A stretch of DNA of 64,000 nucleotides from an uncultured virus (IMG/VR IMGVR_UViG_3300043411_001904). Lineage: Duplodnaviria > Heunggongvirae > Uroviricota > Caudoviricetes. The first letter of the stretch is position 1, and each line of letters opens with the position of its first letter. Under the pieces are notes generated by a model. That model worked only from the letters and a program-made list of their open reading frames with translations. It had not been told where the DNA came from and searched no databases. Made by a program: the position numbers and the translations under genes. The stretch is taken from the IMG/VR virus record IMGVR_UViG_3300043411_001904; one strand, 5' to 3'. Shown here in pieces: positions 61,175 to 64,000 of this stretch.

Positions 61175-62257
61175 TTAAAAATTAAATTCTTTATAGTCAG
61201 ATTCATCAAGATCTTGCTTAAATGCGCCTGTAACATAGTTTTCTATTTCAGTCTCCTGAGCAGCTGCTTGTACATTGTTACTACCACTTATCCAATTATT
61301 AATCCAATTAATGGGATTCTGAACTTTATCAAAGATGGGATCCAATCCAATTATCTTCATTCGGCTATTTGTTAAGTATTTCATATACTGTATCAATATT
61401 TCAGCATTCAATCCTATCATTGAACCATCTTTAAATAAATATTCTGCCCACTCCATTTCTTCTTTGGCAGCGTCTTCATACATTTTATACACTATTGGTT
61501 CACATTCCTCAACAATTGTCTGGAAACCCTCTTCCCAATTCTCCTTCAAAGTTTTTAATAAGAATGAAGTGAATCCCATATGTAGATTCTCATCCCTTGC
61601 AATAAGAGATATTATTTTAGCATTTCCTTCCATTTTCTTATTCTGAGCAAAGCAGAAAGAACAGGCAAAAGAAACATAGAATCTAATACCCTCAAGGATA
61701 TTAATAGAAACTAGTGTCAAGTAGAGTTTTTTCTTTTTATCCCTCTCACTTTCATCAGGAATCGAATTGATAAGATCATCATAATACTTTGTAACAGATG
61801 AAGCTCTTTTAAGAATCTCTTCATCCATCATAATAGAATCAAACATTTCCGATGGGTCTGAATAGATGTTCTTAATAATATATGTATATGAATAGCTATG
61901 AATTGTCTCTGCAAATTCCCATGTCTTTGAGAATAGTTCAACCTCTTGATTAGAACAATTTTCTAAAAGATTTGAAATTCCTCGACTTTGAATTGAATCT
62001 AATAGAATTTGGTATCCAAGATTCTTCGTAAAAATAAACTTCTCATGATCATTCAAAGATTGAAAATCTCCCTTATCCTTCGATAGATTAATCTCTTCAG
62101 GTCTCCAAAAATATGAAATATGTTGCTTAAACATATTAAAAATCTTATCATATCTAAACTTATCATATCTCTGAATTGACATCCCATCGGATGATCCAAA
62201 AAAGACTGGAAGTTTAGTAAAATCGACGCTACTATCTGTATTTATTATGTGTTTCAT
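61175..62257 (-). CDS. nrdB: Ribonucleotide reductase class Ia beta subunit
   Basis: FWRPEE; LDSIQ; ETIHS.SY; LEGIRFYVSF; RDENLH; QETE. Confidence 0.96.
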   Translation of the reverse strand: MKHIINTDSSVDFTKLPVFFGSSDGMSIQRYDKFRYDKIFNMFKQHISYFWRPEEINLSKDKGDFQSLNDHEKFIFTKNLGYQILLDSIQSRGISNLLENCSNQEVELFSKTWEFAETIHSYSYTYIIKNIYSDPSEMFDSIMMDEEILKRASSVTKYYDDLINSIPDESERDKKKKLYLTLVSINILEGIRFYVSFACSFCFAQNKKMEGNAKIISLIARDENLHMGFTSFLLKTLKENWEEGFQTIVEECEPIVYKMYEDAAKEEMEWAEYLFKDGSMIGLNAEILIQYMKYLTNSRMKIIGLDPIFDKVQNPINWINNWISGSNNVQAAAQETEIENYVTGAFKQDLDESDYKEFNF

Positions 62258-62306
62258 GATTGGACTATTTTTATGCTAGATATTTGGAAAGTTTTATATA
62301 TATCAT

Positions 62307-62864
62307 ATGAAATATTTAAATCTGTTTGAATCTCTATCAAAAATAAAATCTATAAAAAACACAATATATCAAATACATGATATATGTGAATCATTGGAGG
62401 ACGAATATAAAGGATCATATAAATCATATATTTTGTTTTTCTTGTGTGATGGAAATACCCATCCAATAAAGAATCCTAGTTCCGATCTAATAAGAAATAA
62501 TGGTAAAAATACAACATGGTTCTCATTAAGAAAAAAGGAAATATACATCAGGGGGTCAAATAACTGGGAATTAGAAGGAATTTATTATAATGAAAATGAA
62601 GATCCAAAAGGAAATTTTCAAAAATCAATAGAACTATCTAAAAAATTAAAAATAGATTTCAAATCCATAACTATTCAAATAGTAATATTAGAAGATCCGG
62701 ATAATATATTCAATGATCCAACAAAAAAAGAAATACTAGAGTGTGGTCAAATGGTCAATAATCTAATTAAACATTTACAACAACAACTTGAATTCTTCAA
62801 GTTTGATAATTTCGAGGACGACCCTAGAGGATTCTTCATGCAATGCTCCTTAGAGGATCTATAA
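62307..62864 (+). CDS. Hypothetical protein with MKYLNLFES motif
   Basis: 185 aa ORF. Confidence 0.5.
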   Translation: MKYLNLFESLSKIKSIKNTIYQIHDICESLEDEYKGSYKSYILFFLCDGNTHPIKNPSSDLIRNNGKNTTWFSLRKKEIYIRGSNNWELEGIYYNENEDPKGNFQKSIELSKKLKIDFKSITIQIVILEDPDNIFNDPTKKEILECGQMVNNLIKHLQQQLEFFKFDNFEDDPRGFFMQCSLEDL

Positions 62865-62900
62865 TACATCAAAGGCGGTGTATATTGAAATATATAATGG

Positions 62901-64000
62901 ATGGAAAAGAAAATACTACCTTATCTAGTTTTATTATCAGCATTATCAGTATCTCTATCAGCAGCGTTTTATTCTGTATCAGGAATAGGGAAGCTATTTG
63001 CAGGAGCAAGTGTCCAAGCAATGATAATGATGTCATCCCTAGAAATATCAAAGCTTGTTTTAGCATCAGTACTATATCAGTATTGGGATAAATTAAACAC
63101 ATTTATAAAAACATATTACTTCATTGCAATATTCATTCTAATGGGACTAACGTCTGCTGGAATATATGGATACTTATCATCAGCCTACTCAGAAACATCG
63201 AATAAAATCGAAAATGTCGCGAAAAGAGTCAATGTACTAGATCTTAAAAGAAATTTATTTGAAACCCAACTAAAAGATGTTCGGAGTGAAAAGGAATCAA
63301 TAAGTCAGAATATATCTGATCTAACCAAAGGCCTATCCTCAAACTACATAGAAGTTAGAGGAAGGGACGGACAAATCACAAGAACAACATCAAGTGGAAA
63401 TAGAAAAGTTTTTGAAAGCCAATTAATATCAGCTCAAAAAAATCGAGATGAGATATCAAAAAGAGAAATATCATTAACTGATTCAATATCTTCTATTGAT
63501 ATTCAAAAATTAAATCTAGAATCCAACGATGAAATAGCTGGTGAGATAGGATCTCTGAAGTATTTAGCAAAAATAACAAATAAAACAACTGATCAAGTTA
63601 TAAATTGGATTATAATTGCCCTGATGTTAGTATTTGATCCCTTAGCTGTATCTCTAATTGTAGGTGCGAACGTCATATTCAAAGATAAAGAAAAGGAAGG
63701 AGAAAAAATTAAAATATCTCAAAAAATTGATCAAAAAATTCAAGATTTTAAGGTAAGAGAAGACGAAATAAAAAAAATAGAGGAGGAGATATTGGATAAA
63801 GTACATCTCATAGAAGAGAGGGAATCAAAAATAAAGGAAGAGGAACTAAAAATGATCAATAAGGAAGAGGAACTAAAAATTAGAGAAAATCAATACGATA
63901 AAGTAAAAGATGAAATAGAATCTATAGAAATAACAAAGAAGAATATAATCGAAGAAAAGGAATCTATAGAAAAAGAAAAAGAAATTCTCAAAGAAAGAGA
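62901..64000 (+). CDS. Membrane protein with coiled coil (T4-like phage family), truncated by window end
   Basis: MEKKILPYLVLLSALSVSLSAAFYSVSGIGKLFAGA...LEISKLV...TSAGIYGYLS...VFDPLAV; open to the end of the window. Confidence 0.7.
   Translation, partial: MEKKILPYLVLLSALSVSLSAAFYSVSGIGKLFAGASVQAMIMMSSLEISKLVLASVLYQYWDKLNTFIKTYYFIAIFILMGLTSAGIYGYLSSAYSETSNKIENVAKRVNVLDLKRNLFETQLKDVRSEKESISQNISDLTKGLSSNYIEVRGRDGQITRTTSSGNRKVFESQLISAQKNRDEISKREISLTDSISSIDIQKLNLESNDEIAGEIGSLKYLAKITNKTTDQVINWIIIALMLVFDPLAVSLIVGANVIFKDKEKEGEKIKISQKIDQKIQDFKVREDEIKKIEEEILDKVHLIEERESKIKEEELKMINKEEELKIRENQYDKVKDEIESIEITKKNIIEEKESIEKEKEILKER

Noticed and set aside
62843..63102. Two short ORFs in the track
   Set aside because: Overlap the long open frame starting at 62901.
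1..64000. Stop-codon reassignment as in some huge phages
   Set aside because: Conserved genes are intact in code 11, all three stops end genes, and no CUA/UCA suppressor tRNA was seen.

Overview
AT-rich, gene-dense segment of a very large (jumbo/huge) dsDNA phage. It most likely infects Bacteroidota, as shown by TTTG-N19-21-TAnnTTTG promoters and Flavobacteria-like accessory genes. The left half (about 5-24 kb) is a minus-strand translation region with 17 tRNA or tRNA-like genes, GlnRS, a truncated AlaRS, an FKBP PPIase, two permuted-tRNA (YrlA/Y-RNA-like) ncRNAs and other structured RNAs. The right half carries GreA, SNF2 and DinG helicases, a RuvC-like resolvase, a DNA methylase, a split family B DNA polymerase, a DnaB-like helicase, class Ia RNR (nrdA/nrdB) and GIY-YIG homing endonucleases. 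The main observation is that three tRNA clusters are each preceded by a host-type promoter, a short leader ORF, an antiterminator segment and an intrinsic terminator. The leader codons match the tRNAs downstream (Gln; Pro/Asp; Tyr/Ile/Gly/Glu/Ala), which suggests ribosome-mediated attenuation of phage tRNA supply. Many small proteins share either an N-terminal MKHLKxFE-type motif or a C-terminal R-x-x-K-I-x-x-I-L motif. All assignments are by eye from motifs; no searches were run.
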